A DNA stretch of 64,000 nucleotides from the NCBI GenBank assembly GCA_016209225.1, contig JACQWO010000003.1, positions 13,298-77,297 of the forward strand. The letters run 5' to 3'. This document shows, piece after piece, positions 29,236 to 39,185 of the stretch; within the stretch, counting starts at the first letter, position 1; every line of letters starts with the position of its first letter. The DNA is from Desulfobacterales bacterium. GTDB lineage: Bacteria > Desulfobacterota > UBA8473. The notes under the pieces were generated by a model. The model saw nothing but the letters and a program-made list of their open reading frames with translations, did not search any database and was not told the DNA's origin. The translations under genes and the position numbers were made by a program.

Positions 29236-29400
29236 GGATAGGCTGTAGGCAGTTAGCCTGTAGGAAAAAATAGGAAATTGCATTTGAGTTGGATGTTCCC
29301 TAATGCGATTAGAAAATGGTGGAGACCGAGAAGGTTCTGAGCGCCTTGATTCGGTCAATGCATGACTAACAGCCTTCAGGCTTCAGCCTAAACAACCTGA
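29236..29400 (+). promoter_or_regulatory. second copy of the AGCCT/AGGCT array, split by an approximately 100 bp insertion, upstream of the flxB-like gene
   Basis: GGATAGGCTGTAGGCAGTTAGCCTGTAGG at 29236-29264 and TAACAGCCTTCAGGCTTCAGCCTAAACAACCTG at 29368-29400 align to 24003-24055. The array ends 25 nt before the ATG. Confidence 0.4.
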
Positions 29401-29425
29401 GTAGTTACAAATAAGAGAGATAACT

Positions 29426-30439
29426 ATGGGTTATAAGAAGATCAAAAAAGACCAACTGAATACATTTCTTAGCGAACTGAGCAAGGACTATACAGTAGTT
29501 TTGCCTTCCCGATCAGGAGGACAGGTAGTTTTCGCCCCCTGGGATGGTAAAAATACGGATTTTCTTGACTGGTATAAAAATACAATTATACCCCCTAAAG
29601 CCCTTTTTTTCCCTCCTGTAGAGGAGATGTTTCGTTTTCGTAAGGGGGAAGAGGGATACGAGATAGAGGAGTTAATGCCTGATAAAAGGCAGCAGATTAT
29701 CTTCGGCATAAGGCCATGTGATGCCAGGGCTTTAAAGATCATAGATATGTTATTTGCCGATACTTATAAGGATCCTTATTACCTCAGGAGAAGGGAAAAT
29801 AGTCTTCTTGTCGGTTTGAGCTGTAACGAGCCTTGCGATACCTGTTTTTGCGCCTCCCTGGATATCTCTCCAGGGCAATCTGAAGATGTAGATATATTGT
29901 GTACGGATGTTAGCGATAACCTTTTAATAGAGGCTATATCCGAGAAGGGAAGTAATCTACTATCTGAGATGAGTGGGCTTTCTGATGCCGGCAGTGAGGA
30001 AGAGTCAAAGGCAAAAGAGATGAGGAAATCGGCAAAAGAGAAAATAGCCAGACAGATAAACTTATCCGGGTTACAGGAGAAGATGAGGTCAAATTTTGAA
30101 AACAGGGAGTATTGGGAGAAGGCATCAAAGAAATGCATGGCATGCGGTATATGCACCTATGTATGCCCAACCTGTCATTGCTTTGATATAAATGATGAAA
30201 ATAGGAAGAAGGAGGGCAAAAGGGTAAGGAGCTGGGATAGCTGTAAGTTCCCATTGTTTACCAGAATGCCTATGGAGAACCCCCGTCATGAAAAATGGAG
30301 GCGGATGAGACAGAGGTATCACCATAAGTTTGAATATTATCCTATGAATTTCGGTACCATAGCCTGTACCGGATGTGGAAGGTGCATAAGAGAATGTCCT
30401 GTGAATGTGGATGTTACAGAGATAATAGGAGGGATATAG
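29426..30439 (+). CDS. AsrA / sulfhydrogenase-beta-like iron-sulfur protein (FlxB-like)
   Basis: 337 aa ORF with the family N-terminus (...PPKALFFPPVEE...) and the C-terminal 4Fe-4S motifs CMACGICTYVCPTCHC and CTGCGRCIRECP. Confidence 0.65.
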   Translation: MGYKKIKKDQLNTFLSELSKDYTVVLPSRSGGQVVFAPWDGKNTDFLDWYKNTIIPPKALFFPPVEEMFRFRKGEEGYEIEELMPDKRQQIIFGIRPCDARALKIIDMLFADTYKDPYYLRRRENSLLVGLSCNEPCDTCFCASLDISPGQSEDVDILCTDVSDNLLIEAISEKGSNLLSEMSGLSDAGSEEESKAKEMRKSAKEKIARQINLSGLQEKMRSNFENREYWEKASKKCMACGICTYVCPTCHCFDINDENRKKEGKRVRSWDSCKFPLFTRMPMENPRHEKWRRMRQRYHHKFEYYPMNFGTIACTGCGRCIRECPVNVDVTEIIGGI

Positions 30440-30455
30440 GAGCTTTAGTTTAACG

Positions 30456-30501
30456 TCTCGGAATTTCTATCCCGATAAAATTGGGGCCTGAAATTCCGAG
30501 A
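30456..30501 (+). other. 12 bp perfect-stem hairpin (TCTCGGAATTTC...GAAATTCCGAGA) between the flxB-like and flxA-like genes
   Basis: No T-run follows it, so it is probably an intra-operon RNA structure rather than a terminator. Confidence 0.4.
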
Positions 30502-30604
30502 TAATTCAGAATTCAGGAGTCAGAATCCAGAAGAAAAGCGTATTCTTAGAGGGGAACTATAGTCCATGATGGTTGCGGTTGAAAAGGATAAAGGAGATTC
30601 GTTG

Positions 30605-31441
30605 ATGGAAGGTGACAATGTTTATATACCTCACGTAATGAAAATTGAAAAGGTAATCGAGGAGACCCAGAATATTAAGACCTTTCATTTTAATTTCAAG
30701 GACGAAACCCAGAAGGCTCAATTCAGCTTTAAATCAGGGCAATTCGCTGAATACTCTGTATTTGGGGTAGGAGAAGCCACCTTCTGTATATCTTCAAGTC
30801 CCACAAGGATGGACCACTTAGAATTTAGTGTAATGAGAGTAGGAAAGGTAACCCAGGCTATCCATGAACTCCAGGAAGGAGACGAGATAGGTTTTAGGGG
30901 ACCATACGGGAACTGGTTTCCTTTAGATTCGATTCAGGGGAAGAATCTTGTCTTTGTTGGTGGAGGCATTGGTTTGGCGCCTTTGAGGTCTTTGATCTGG
31001 AATGTCCTCGATAACCGTGATATTTACAAGGACATAGTTATCCTATACGGTGCAAGAAGCCCAGCAGACCTCTCTTTCAAATATGATTTAGAGGCATGGG
31101 ACAAAGATGATAGAGTCAATATGTACACCACTGTGGATAGGGGAGATGAGAGCTGGACTGGCAGAGTGGGACTTATCCCGCCGGTTTTAGAAGAGATAGG
31201 CCCTTCTCCAGAAAATACTGTGGCAATTACCTGCGGTCCTCCCATAATGATAAAATTTACACTGCAATCGTTAGAAAAATTGGGGTTTACCCATGATCAG
31301 ATAATAACCACCCTTGAGATGAGAATGAAATGCGGTATAGGTAAATGTGGAAGATGCAACATTGGGAATATATACGTATGTAAAGATGGTCCTGTCTTTA
31401 CATATTCCCAGATCCGTAATTTCCTTTCTGATGAGTTTTAA
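30605..31441 (+). CDS. FAD/NAD(P)-binding oxidoreductase with a C-terminal 2Fe-2S cluster (AsrB / sulfhydrogenase-gamma / FlxA-like)
   Basis: An FNR-like fold carrying the FAD-site motif RVGKVT, followed by the C-terminal motif CGIGKCGRCNIGNIYVC. I chose the start at 30605 because of its AAAGGAG ribosome-binding site; the ORF track starts at 30566. Confidence 0.7.
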   Translation: MEGDNVYIPHVMKIEKVIEETQNIKTFHFNFKDETQKAQFSFKSGQFAEYSVFGVGEATFCISSSPTRMDHLEFSVMRVGKVTQAIHELQEGDEIGFRGPYGNWFPLDSIQGKNLVFVGGGIGLAPLRSLIWNVLDNRDIYKDIVILYGARSPADLSFKYDLEAWDKDDRVNMYTTVDRGDESWTGRVGLIPPVLEEIGPSPENTVAITCGPPIMIKFTLQSLEKLGFTHDQIITTLEMRMKCGIGKCGRCNIGNIYVCKDGPVFTYSQIRNFLSDEF

Positions 31442-31652
31442 CCTTACATCCCCTCTTATATTCACCCCAATCTTCACACCTAACTGGAGCATCGTTTCCC
31501 CTTTTGCTAGAAGACCTGCAATATAAACCTAAAATACCCTTTGATCTCACAAGTGCCTGACTTTTTGTACGTGAATTCACCCCTTAAGATGTTATCTCAC
31601 TGTCTTGTTTTTAAGCTTAGTTCACAGAAATCATCCTCTGACAATAATTTTA

Positions 31653-31680
31653 TTGACTATATCGCTAAAATGTGTTAAAT
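31653..31680 (+). promoter_or_regulatory. candidate sigma70 promoter for carD (TTGACT, 16 bp spacer, TTAAAT)
   Basis: Hexamers read from the sequence about 45 nt upstream of the carD ATG. Confidence 0.35.
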
Positions 31681-31722
31681 TTCATCAAAAAAAACAATTA
31701 AAGAAGAGGGAGGTACTATCGG

Positions 31723-32205
31723 ATGTTTAAGATCGGAGATATAGCCGTATATCCTTCCCATGGCGTAGGGGTTATTCAGTCTATCGAGAACAAAAAGATT
31801 TTCGAGAATGAACAGACATTCTTTATATTCAGGATATTGGACAGTGACATGACTATAATGATTCCGATAAATAATATTGCAATGGTTGGGTTAAGAAGGG
31901 TGATTCACCTGGAAGAAGTTCCCAAAGTATACGACATATTAAAAAAGAAAGACATTGAGATTGAAAATCAAACATGGAATAGAAGGTATCGTGAGTATAT
32001 GCAAAAGATAAAGAGCGGTTCAGTATTTGAGGTGGCCGAGGTTCTTAGAGACCTCTTCATCTTGAAACTAGAAAAAGACCTTTCTTTTGGGGAAAGAAAG
32101 ATGTTAGATTCAGCCAGGAATCTTTTGGTAAAAGAACTCTCCATTGCTCAAAATAGTTCTGAAGAGATAATAGAAGGTAACATTATGAGTATTTTTAATT
32201 GTTAA
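31723..32205 (+). CDS. carD: CarD/CdnL family RNA-polymerase-binding transcription regulator
   Basis: 160 aa ORF. MFKIGDIAVYPSHGVGVI matches the CarD_CdnL_TRCF N-terminus. The ribosome-binding site is GAGGGAGG. Confidence 0.85.
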   Translation: MFKIGDIAVYPSHGVGVIQSIENKKIFENEQTFFIFRILDSDMTIMIPINNIAMVGLRRVIHLEEVPKVYDILKKKDIEIENQTWNRRYREYMQKIKSGSVFEVAEVLRDLFILKLEKDLSFGERKMLDSARNLLVKELSIAQNSSEEIIEGNIMSIFNC

Positions 32206-32404
32206 GATGTTGCCCTTATGCGTGTGAACTATATCTTACCTATAATTAAGCTTTTTTTACCTAGCCATTTATCCCTGCCCACAGGAGAGGGGTGAATGGC
32301 TGATTTTCATGTGCAGAATCTGACTTGGGGTCTGACCCGACATTTGGATTATATTGCCACGGGGCTGACCCCAAATGCACATAAGAAAGGAGGTGACACT
32401 AAAT

Positions 32405-33436
32405 ATGGGTACTACTGTTTTACGTATTTTTTTGATTTTATCCTGCTCGGCTGTTGGTTACTATACTGCTTATGAGTTTTTGAATTCTGTATACCCAGCA
32501 TTGTCGGGAGCAATAATAGGTTCAATCATTTCAGCCGTAATCCTTATCTTAGAACAACGCATTGTGAGATATCCTTTGAGGGCTATAATCGGAGGGGCCA
32601 TAGGGTTAATCGCTGGTCTTATTGTAGCAAATCTGTTTTCCTATGTATTTTTGCTGGGGTTGCTTAAAGGGCAGGTACCCGGTCTTTTAGTCCATATATT
32701 AACAAACTTCATAATCGGATATCTAGGCTTAAAAATAGGGAGCAAGAAAGGAGAAGAACTTCATCTCTCTGATTTAACGAAGCTTTACAAGAGACAACCT
32801 CTGGGAGAAAGTCCTAAGATATTAGATACCAGCGTGATAATAGATGGCAGAATAGCCGACATCTGCGAAACTGGTTTCATTGAGGGAACATTTATCATAC
32901 CCCAATTTATTCTTCAAGAATTACAGCATATTGCTGATTCTTCTGATTCAATTAAGCGAACCAGGGGCAGGAGAGGTTTAGATATTTTGAATAAGATGCA
33001 AAAACAGGTTGACCTTGACGTAAGAATAGTGGAACATGATTTTCCAAAGATAAAGGATGTTGATACCAAGCTGGTAGCCCTGGCTAAAGAAATGAACGCA
33101 AAGGTTATTACTAATGATTTCAACCTGAACAAGGTGGCAGAACTTCAGGGTATCTCTGTCTTAAATATAAACCAACTGGCAAATGCTCTCAAACCGGTGG
33201 TTTTGCCGGGTGAGGTTATGAATGTCAGGATACTGAAAGAGGGTAAGGAATCAGGACAGGGGGTGGCATATCTCGATGATGGTACTATGGTTATAGTAGA
33301 TAATGCAAAAAAGTATATGGGGAAAAACATTGGGGTAACAGTGACCAGTGTTCTTCAAACTACTGCTGGCAGGATGATTTTTACTGAATTAAAAGACGAA
33401 GCACCGGCTGAGCTTGTTCATAATTTAGGGTACTAG
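32405..33436 (+). CDS. PIN/TRAM domain protein (YacL-like)
   Basis: An N-terminal membrane helix, a PIN domain ([11 protein letters not shown]) and a C-terminal TRAM domain. I chose the start at 32405 because of the AAAGGAGGTG ribosome-binding site. The yacL-ispD-ispF gene order is conserved. Confidence 0.85.
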   Translation: MGTTVLRIFLILSCSAVGYYTAYEFLNSVYPALSGAIIGSIISAVILILEQRIVRYPLRAIIGGAIGLIAGLIVANLFSYVFLLGLLKGQVPGLLVHILTNFIIGYLGLKIGSKKGEELHLSDLTKLYKRQPLGESPKILDTSVIIDGRIADICETGFIEGTFIIPQFILQELQHIADSSDSIKRTRGRRGLDILNKMQKQVDLDVRIVEHDFPKIKDVDTKLVALAKEMNAKVITNDFNLNKVAELQGISVLNINQLANALKPVVLPGEVMNVRILKEGKESGQGVAYLDDGTMVIVDNAKKYMGKNIGVTVTSVLQTTAGRMIFTELKDEAPAELVHNLGY

Positions 33437-33579
33437 TAGAGCGTTTCGTAATTAAGATGTCATATCGACCGAAGGGAGATATCTTCTAACAATGCATATT
33501 CATTAAGATTTCTCGCTTTGCTCGAAATGACAGTATTGCATATGTATTTATGGAACGATAATCTAGTTAAGAGGATTAC

Positions 33580-34281
33580 ATGAGGGTTATTGCCCTGATC
33601 CCCGCTGCTGGTGTGGGGAAAAGGATGGGTACAAGTATTAATAAGCCGTTTCTTCATATAGGCAATAAACCAGTCTTAGCTCAAACCCTTTTAAGGTTCC
33701 AAGATTCAACAAGTATCAGTGAAGTTTATGTTATTGTCTCCAAAAAAGACGAAATACGTTGCAGAGAAAATATAATAAAGCAGTACAATTTAAAAAAAGT
33801 TACTAAGATAGTTATAGGTGGTATTGAGAGACACGATTCTGTTAAGAACGGCCTGGATGCAATCGAATCGAAGTGTGATATAGTGATGATACACGATGGC
33901 ATTCGCCCATTTATTACCACTCAACTAATAGATAAATCCATATCAAAGACCCTCAAATATGATGCATCTGTAGTTGCCATTCCAATAAAAGAAACAGTTA
34001 AAGCCATTTCTCCTAATGGAGAAATAATAGAAACATTGGATAGGAATAAGCTCTGGCTTGCCCAGACTCCTCAGACTTTTAAGTATGACATTATAAAAAG
34101 GGCTTACGAAAATGCCTTTGAAAAAAATATCTGCTGTACTGACGATTCATCCTTGGTAGAGCTTTTAGGAGTACAGGTTAAAATCATAATGGGTTCTTAT
34201 GAGAACATCAAAATTACAACGCCGGAGGATTTGACTATAGCCGAGGCTTTTTTAAAAAATCAAGAAACTTTAGGCACTTAA
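33580..34281 (+). CDS. ispD: 2-C-methyl-D-erythritol 4-phosphate cytidylyltransferase
   Basis: IPAAGVGKRMG matches the IspD N-terminal motif. Confidence 0.9.
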   Translation: MRVIALIPAAGVGKRMGTSINKPFLHIGNKPVLAQTLLRFQDSTSISEVYVIVSKKDEIRCRENIIKQYNLKKVTKIVIGGIERHDSVKNGLDAIESKCDIVMIHDGIRPFITTQLIDKSISKTLKYDASVVAIPIKETVKAISPNGEIIETLDRNKLWLAQTPQTFKYDIIKRAYENAFEKNICCTDDSSLVELLGVQVKIIMGSYENIKITTPEDLTIAEAFLKNQETLGT

Positions 34282-34302
34282 CTTGAGGTTTGGGGCTGGA
34301 TT

Positions 34303-34782
34303 ATGAAAGTAGGTTTTGGTTATGATGTTCATCAATTGGTAGAGGGCAGGAAACTCATATTGGGCGGTGTAGAGATACCTTATAAAGAAGGGTTGATGGG
34401 ACATTCTGACGGCGATGTTCTTCTTCATGCTATTTGTGATGCTTTACTGGGGGCTATCGGAGCGGGTGATCTGGGTAAACATTTTCCTGAAAACGATCTG
34501 AAATCTAAAGGCATATCCAGCTTAGAATTACTGCAGGTAGTGAAAATTTTAAAAGAAGATAGAGGATTCAGGACAAACAACATTGATTGTACCGTAGTAG
34601 CCCAGAATCCCAAGTTGGCTGAATACATACCCAGGATGGAGAAAAGTATTGCCGGGGTTTTAGGTATCGATGCCAAAAAAGTTAATGTAAAGGCTACTAC
34701 CACAGAGGGATTGGGCTTCACTGGTAAGGGAGAGGGGATAGCTGCCTATGCAGTGGTCTCGGTTAGGTCCATCGAGTTTTAG
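34303..34782 (+). CDS. ispF: 2-C-methyl-D-erythritol 2,4-cyclodiphosphate synthase
   Basis: The conserved IspF motifs GYDVH and HSDGDV are present. Confidence 0.95.
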   Translation: MKVGFGYDVHQLVEGRKLILGGVEIPYKEGLMGHSDGDVLLHAICDALLGAIGAGDLGKHFPENDLKSKGISSLELLQVVKILKEDRGFRTNNIDCTVVAQNPKLAEYIPRMEKSIAGVLGIDAKKVNVKATTTEGLGFTGKGEGIAAYAVVSVRSIEF

Positions 34783-34932
34783 AACCATAGACTGACTGCC
34801 AGAAGAAACTCGAATAAGAAAGTGTTACTGCAACCATACGATTGAAGGCTAAGAATAACACTGTTGTTGGTGACTTAGATATGTTTAGATATAGTTAAAA
34901 GAGTATTAGGGGATTTTTAGAGGGAAATTTTA

Positions 34933-35754
34933 ATGACTGTTTTTCAAGCGATTGTCCTTGGTATCATTCAGGGTTTAACGGAATTTTTGCCTATTAGCAG
35001 CTCAGGCCATTTGGTTATCGCACAGCATTATTTAAAGGGGTTTAATCAGCCAGGACTTCTATTCGATGTTTTATTGCATATGGGGACATTATTTGCTGTT
35101 TTGATATATTATTGGAGGGATATTATCGGTATTCTGAGATCATTCACTACTAGGTTGGGGACACTGGGGGGGCGTAAAAATGGTGATTTTGACACATTTA
35201 AGCCACAGCGGAGACTGGGATTATTAATTATTGTCGGAACCATACCCACTGCAGTGTTAGGGTTTTTCTTCAAGGATTACGTTGTGATATTATTCTATTC
35301 CGTAAAGTTAACTGCTTCCATGCTGATTGTAACGGGTATTCTTCTGGCCATTGCTGACCACGTCAAAGAAAGAAAGCGAAAAGTAAGCTCTTTAACTTTT
35401 AAGGATTCTATCCTTATTGGTTTTGTTCAGGGAATCTCTATTACGCCTGGTATCTCTAGATCAGGTTCTACAATTGCTACTGGTCTTTTCCGAAAGATTG
35501 ATGATGAAGATGCGGCAAAATTTTCTTTCTTACTGTCGATTCCAGCGATACTTGGCGCAATCGTACTGGAGATCCCACACTTCTCTCACGTCCAGGCTGG
35601 TGAAATTCCAGCCTATCTGTTGGGTACCCTGAGTGCTATGCTAACAGGTATTCTTGCCATAAAATTCTTGATTAGAATGCTAAAGCAAGAGAGGCTAAGA
35701 TACTTTGCTTATTACTGCTGGCTTCTTGGATCAGCAGTAATAGTCTTTGGTTAA
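34933..35754 (+). CDS. uppP: undecaprenyl-diphosphatase
   Basis: LTEFLPISSSGH matches the BacA/UppP signature. The protein is polytopic. Confidence 0.9.
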   Translation: MTVFQAIVLGIIQGLTEFLPISSSGHLVIAQHYLKGFNQPGLLFDVLLHMGTLFAVLIYYWRDIIGILRSFTTRLGTLGGRKNGDFDTFKPQRRLGLLIIVGTIPTAVLGFFFKDYVVILFYSVKLTASMLIVTGILLAIADHVKERKRKVSSLTFKDSILIGFVQGISITPGISRSGSTIATGLFRKIDDEDAAKFSFLLSIPAILGAIVLEIPHFSHVQAGEIPAYLLGTLSAMLTGILAIKFLIRMLKQERLRYFAYYCWLLGSAVIVFG

Positions 35755-35827
35755 TCTCTATGATATGTTTTAAAAGCTCTCGTTTCTAAATTAATATAGG
35801 TTCATCTCCCCAAGAGTGGGTCGATGA

Positions 35828-35998
35828 AAAGGATTCAAGGGGTCAAGGATTCGGGTGGAATGATTTGGATTATATTAAAGCCGGAGAACTCAAGAAACTT
35901 CAGGCAGATATAGGAGAAGTTGAAAGGATGCTTAAAGCATTGACTAAATCATTAGAAAACAAACACTTGAATCCTTGAATCCTCGAATCCTATACCAC
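35828..35998. repeat. inverted arrays of tandem octamers (GGATTCAA GGGGTCAA GGATTCGG ... TTGAATCC TTGAATCC TCGAATCC) upstream of ftsK
   Basis: Two 24 bp arrays, each the reverse complement of the other, separated by about 100 bp. They lie 60-230 nt upstream of the ftsK start. Confidence 0.4.
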
Positions 35999-36060
35999 TT
36001 TATTCCAACTAATTGGGAGAAGAACCTTAATATAAAACTATCAGCCAAATTGGAGGTGAG

Positions 36061-38295
36061 ATGAATAAGATAATATCGTTCATCTCTAAAAACAGGATAA
36101 TAAGGGAAGTCTGTGGATTAATAATCTTTGCCGTAACTGTTTTTATCACTTCCAGCCTAATATCTTATGACCCGACAGACCCATCATTTAATAACTATGT
36201 CCCTAATGTAATTAAGGTTAATAACCTATGGGGGGTTGTTGGGGCTTATTTGTCTGACGGCCTTTTACAGGTTTTTGGTTTAGCTTCTTATCTCTTTTCG
36301 ATTATTCTATTTGTTGTTTCTTTCCGATTATTTGTTAGGAAAGAGGTCAAATTCAATTTATACAAGTTGATAAGTTTTGTCTTCTTGCTGTTATCAACAA
36401 CCGGAATTTTGAGCATGGGAGTTACTCAGATAAATTTTTTTGACCAGCCAATCATTGCGGGAGGAGTTTTAGGTGGGGTTTTGGTAAGCGAACTAGTGAG
36501 ATACTTCAATAAAATGGGGGCTTATACGCTACTCATTTTAGCCTTTATATCCTCTTTAATGATTAGTGCAAACATATCTTTTGTATGGCTTGTAAATAAA
36601 ATCAGAGATTTATTAGCGAATACATTAGAGCGTTTTAAGAGTGGTTCTATCATATATAGAGGGAGATCCAAACGTGCCATGGGAAAATCATCGACCATAG
36701 AAAAAAAGAAGATGCCCTGGGTTTCTCCCCCCCCTGTCATTACAGATTCTTCAGGCAAGGATCAAGGAACAAAAGAAGGGAATGCCTTAATACAGGAAGA
36801 ATTTGACTTCCCGAAGCCAAAAGGGACTTATCAATTACCTCCCCTGTCGCTTTTAGAAGACCAGGAACAAAGGACTGCCAAGGTAGATAGAGAGAGTTTA
36901 ATAATGAACTCCAAGATTCTTGAGAAGAAACTCTCCGATTTCGGGGTAGAAGGAAGGGTTACAGAAGTTAGCCCTGGCCCTGTGATAACCATGTATGAAT
37001 ATGAGCCTGCACCGGGGATTAAGATCAACCGAATAGCAAATCTGTCTGATGACTTGGCACTGGCGCTTAGTGCGATCAGTGTTAGGATAGTAGCCCCTAT
37101 CCCTGGCAAGTCTGTTGTAGGGATAGAGATACCAAATTCTATCAGAGAGGCGGTTTTTTTTAAGGATGTAGTCGGTCAAGAGACTTACCAGAAAGCCAAT
37201 TCAAAACTTACTATAGTTTTGGGGAAGGATATATTCGGAAACCCCGTGGTCACAGATCTTGCAAAGATGCCGCATTTGCTGATAGCCGGGGCGACAGGAA
37301 CAGGCAAGAGTATCTCTGTAAATTCAATGATCTGTAGTCTTTTGTATAAGGCCACCCCAGAAGAAGTGAAGATGATAATGATAGATCCCAAAAGGCTGGA
37401 ACTCTCAGCATATGATGGGATTCCACATCTTTTAAACCCAGTAGTAACTGAACCCAAACAGGCTGCTAAGGTATTGAAATGGTTAGTTGAGGAAATGGAA
37501 CGCAGGTATCGGCTGCTGGCAGAAAAAGGGGTTAGAAATATAGACCGTTATAACCATAAGTTGGAAAGTGAATCAACGGGTTCCGCACGGATAGTCCTGG
37601 ACATAAAGAAGGATCATTCATTGGATGAGGAAGGCGAACCCAAAGAGCGACACAAAAGGTTACCTTATATTGCGGTAATTATAGATGAGTTAGCGGATCT
37701 GATGATGATTTCATCGAAGGAAGTGGAGGAATGCATAGCCAGGTTAGCTCAGATGGCAAGGGCGGCCGGGATTCACATGATCGTTGCCACACAGCGTCCT
37801 TCTGTAGATGTATTAACCGGCATGATTAAGGTGAATTTTCCTGCCAGAATTTCTTTCCAGGTGTCGTCCAAAATAGACTCACGTACTATTCTGGATGCAA
37901 ACGGTGCAGAACACCTGTTAGGATCAGGAGATATGCTTTTCCTGTTGCCAGGCACCTCAAAGCTCCAACGAATTCATGGGGCGTATCTTTCTGAGGGGGA
38001 GGTTAAAAGGGTAGTTGCTTTTATTAAAGTGCAAAGTCCACCAGCTTATAACCAATCTATTCTTGAGCATAGAGGAGATGTTTATTCCAAAACCGATAAT
38101 GAGTATGACGAAAAGTATGATAATGCCGTGGAATTGATTGCTAATGCAAGACAGGCTTCAATTTCAATGATACAAAGGCATCTGAGAATAGGTTATAACA
38201 GGGCGGCTAGAATAATTGAAAGGATGGAAGAGGAGGGAGTAATTGGCCCGTCAGACGGGGTTAAGCCAAGGGAGGTTTTGATAAAAAAGCTTTGA
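36061..38295 (+). CDS. ftsK: DNA translocase FtsK
   Basis: N-terminal membrane helices, the Walker A motif GATGTGKS, and a C-terminal gamma winged-helix domain. Confidence 0.9.
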   Translation: MNKIISFISKNRIIREVCGLIIFAVTVFITSSLISYDPTDPSFNNYVPNVIKVNNLWGVVGAYLSDGLLQVFGLASYLFSIILFVVSFRLFVRKEVKFNLYKLISFVFLLLSTTGILSMGVTQINFFDQPIIAGGVLGGVLVSELVRYFNKMGAYTLLILAFISSLMISANISFVWLVNKIRDLLANTLERFKSGSIIYRGRSKRAMGKSSTIEKKKMPWVSPPPVITDSSGKDQGTKEGNALIQEEFDFPKPKGTYQLPPLSLLEDQEQRTAKVDRESLIMNSKILEKKLSDFGVEGRVTEVSPGPVITMYEYEPAPGIKINRIANLSDDLALALSAISVRIVAPIPGKSVVGIEIPNSIREAVFFKDVVGQETYQKANSKLTIVLGKDIFGNPVVTDLAKMPHLLIAGATGTGKSISVNSMICSLLYKATPEEVKMIMIDPKRLELSAYDGIPHLLNPVVTEPKQAAKVLKWLVEEMERRYRLLAEKGVRNIDRYNHKLESESTGSARIVLDIKKDHSLDEEGEPKERHKRLPYIAVIIDELADLMMISSKEVEECIARLAQMARAAGIHMIVATQRPSVDVLTGMIKVNFPARISFQVSSKIDSRTILDANGAEHLLGSGDMLFLLPGTSKLQRIHGAYLSEGEVKRVVAFIKVQSPPAYNQSILEHRGDVYSKTDNEYDEKYDNAVELIANARQASISMIQRHLRIGYNRAARIIERMEEEGVIGPSDGVKPREVLIKKL

Positions 38296-38353
38296 GATGT
38301 TTACCTTCCGCTCATCAAGATGGGTACAAAGGAAAGAAATCTAGGAGGTTGTT

Positions 38354-38572
38354 ATGGAAACTCTGAGAGAAGAGGTTAATGCGAAATTAAGACATATCCT
38401 TCATGATATTAAGGCCCTTCAAAAAACCATAATCAATCTAAGACAGGGAGAAAAGAAGGCTGATAAGGAGCGTGTTTCAAAATGGCTACTTTTGGGAAAG
38501 GAAATATCCGGTAACTGGGAAGGAGCTACCGCAGTAGATGAAATAAGAGAACAAAGAGAAAAGAGATGGTAG
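38354..38572 (+). CDS. putative antitoxin partnered with the downstream PIN toxin
   Basis: 72 aa ORF overlapping the PIN gene start by 7 nt (last two codons plus stop). I recognise no family, so the call rests on context only. Confidence 0.4.
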   Translation: METLREEVNAKLRHILHDIKALQKTIINLRQGEKKADKERVSKWLLLGKEISGNWEGATAVDEIREQREKRW

Positions 38573-38979
38573 AAGCATTCACCATAGACAGCTCAGTAAT
38601 CGTGGCATCTCTTCTCGAACAGGAAAGAGAACATCTCAATGCTCTGAGCATATGGAGAGAAGTGATTACAGGAAATGCTATCGCAATAATGCCTTATACT
38701 GTTCTTGTTGAAGTCGTGGCCGCCGTCAGGCGTAGGACGGGACAGAAGGAACTTGCGCAAAAGGTAAAAGAGGAACTGCTCTCCACGGATACAGTCAACT
38801 TCGTTATCATAGACCCAGAGTCTGCATCGGATGCATCCGATATTGCCATAGAATTGGGAGTAAGGGGAATGGATGCAGTAGTGATTCAGACAGCCAAGGA
38901 ACACAAGACAACACTTGTAAGCCTTGATAAGGAGATGACAGAAAGGTCAGCCACGATTGTTAAGATAAGAGTTTTGTAG
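38566..38979 (+). CDS. PIN-domain ribonuclease toxin (VapC-like)
   Basis: 137 aa ORF with the PIN acidic residues (IDSSVIV ... IDPE ... D). Confidence 0.7.
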   Translation: MVEAFTIDSSVIVASLLEQEREHLNALSIWREVITGNAIAIMPYTVLVEVVAAVRRRTGQKELAQKVKEELLSTDTVNFVIIDPESASDASDIAIELGVRGMDAVVIQTAKEHKTTLVSLDKEMTERSATIVKIRVL

Positions 38980-39185
38980 CAAAGAAATAGGAAGCACCCA
39001 TTAACGTGCTGTTGGCATTTACCGGAATGTGTGTATTCCTTCCGTTTGCGGTGTTAACCGACAAGTGAGTATAATTATATTAATGGGTTATACCGATTTA
39101 TTTTACAAAAAAGCCTATTTTTGCTACACTCGTTTTGTCGCTTAATAACATCGTTAACCATAAACGATAAATAAAGAGAAATAAT

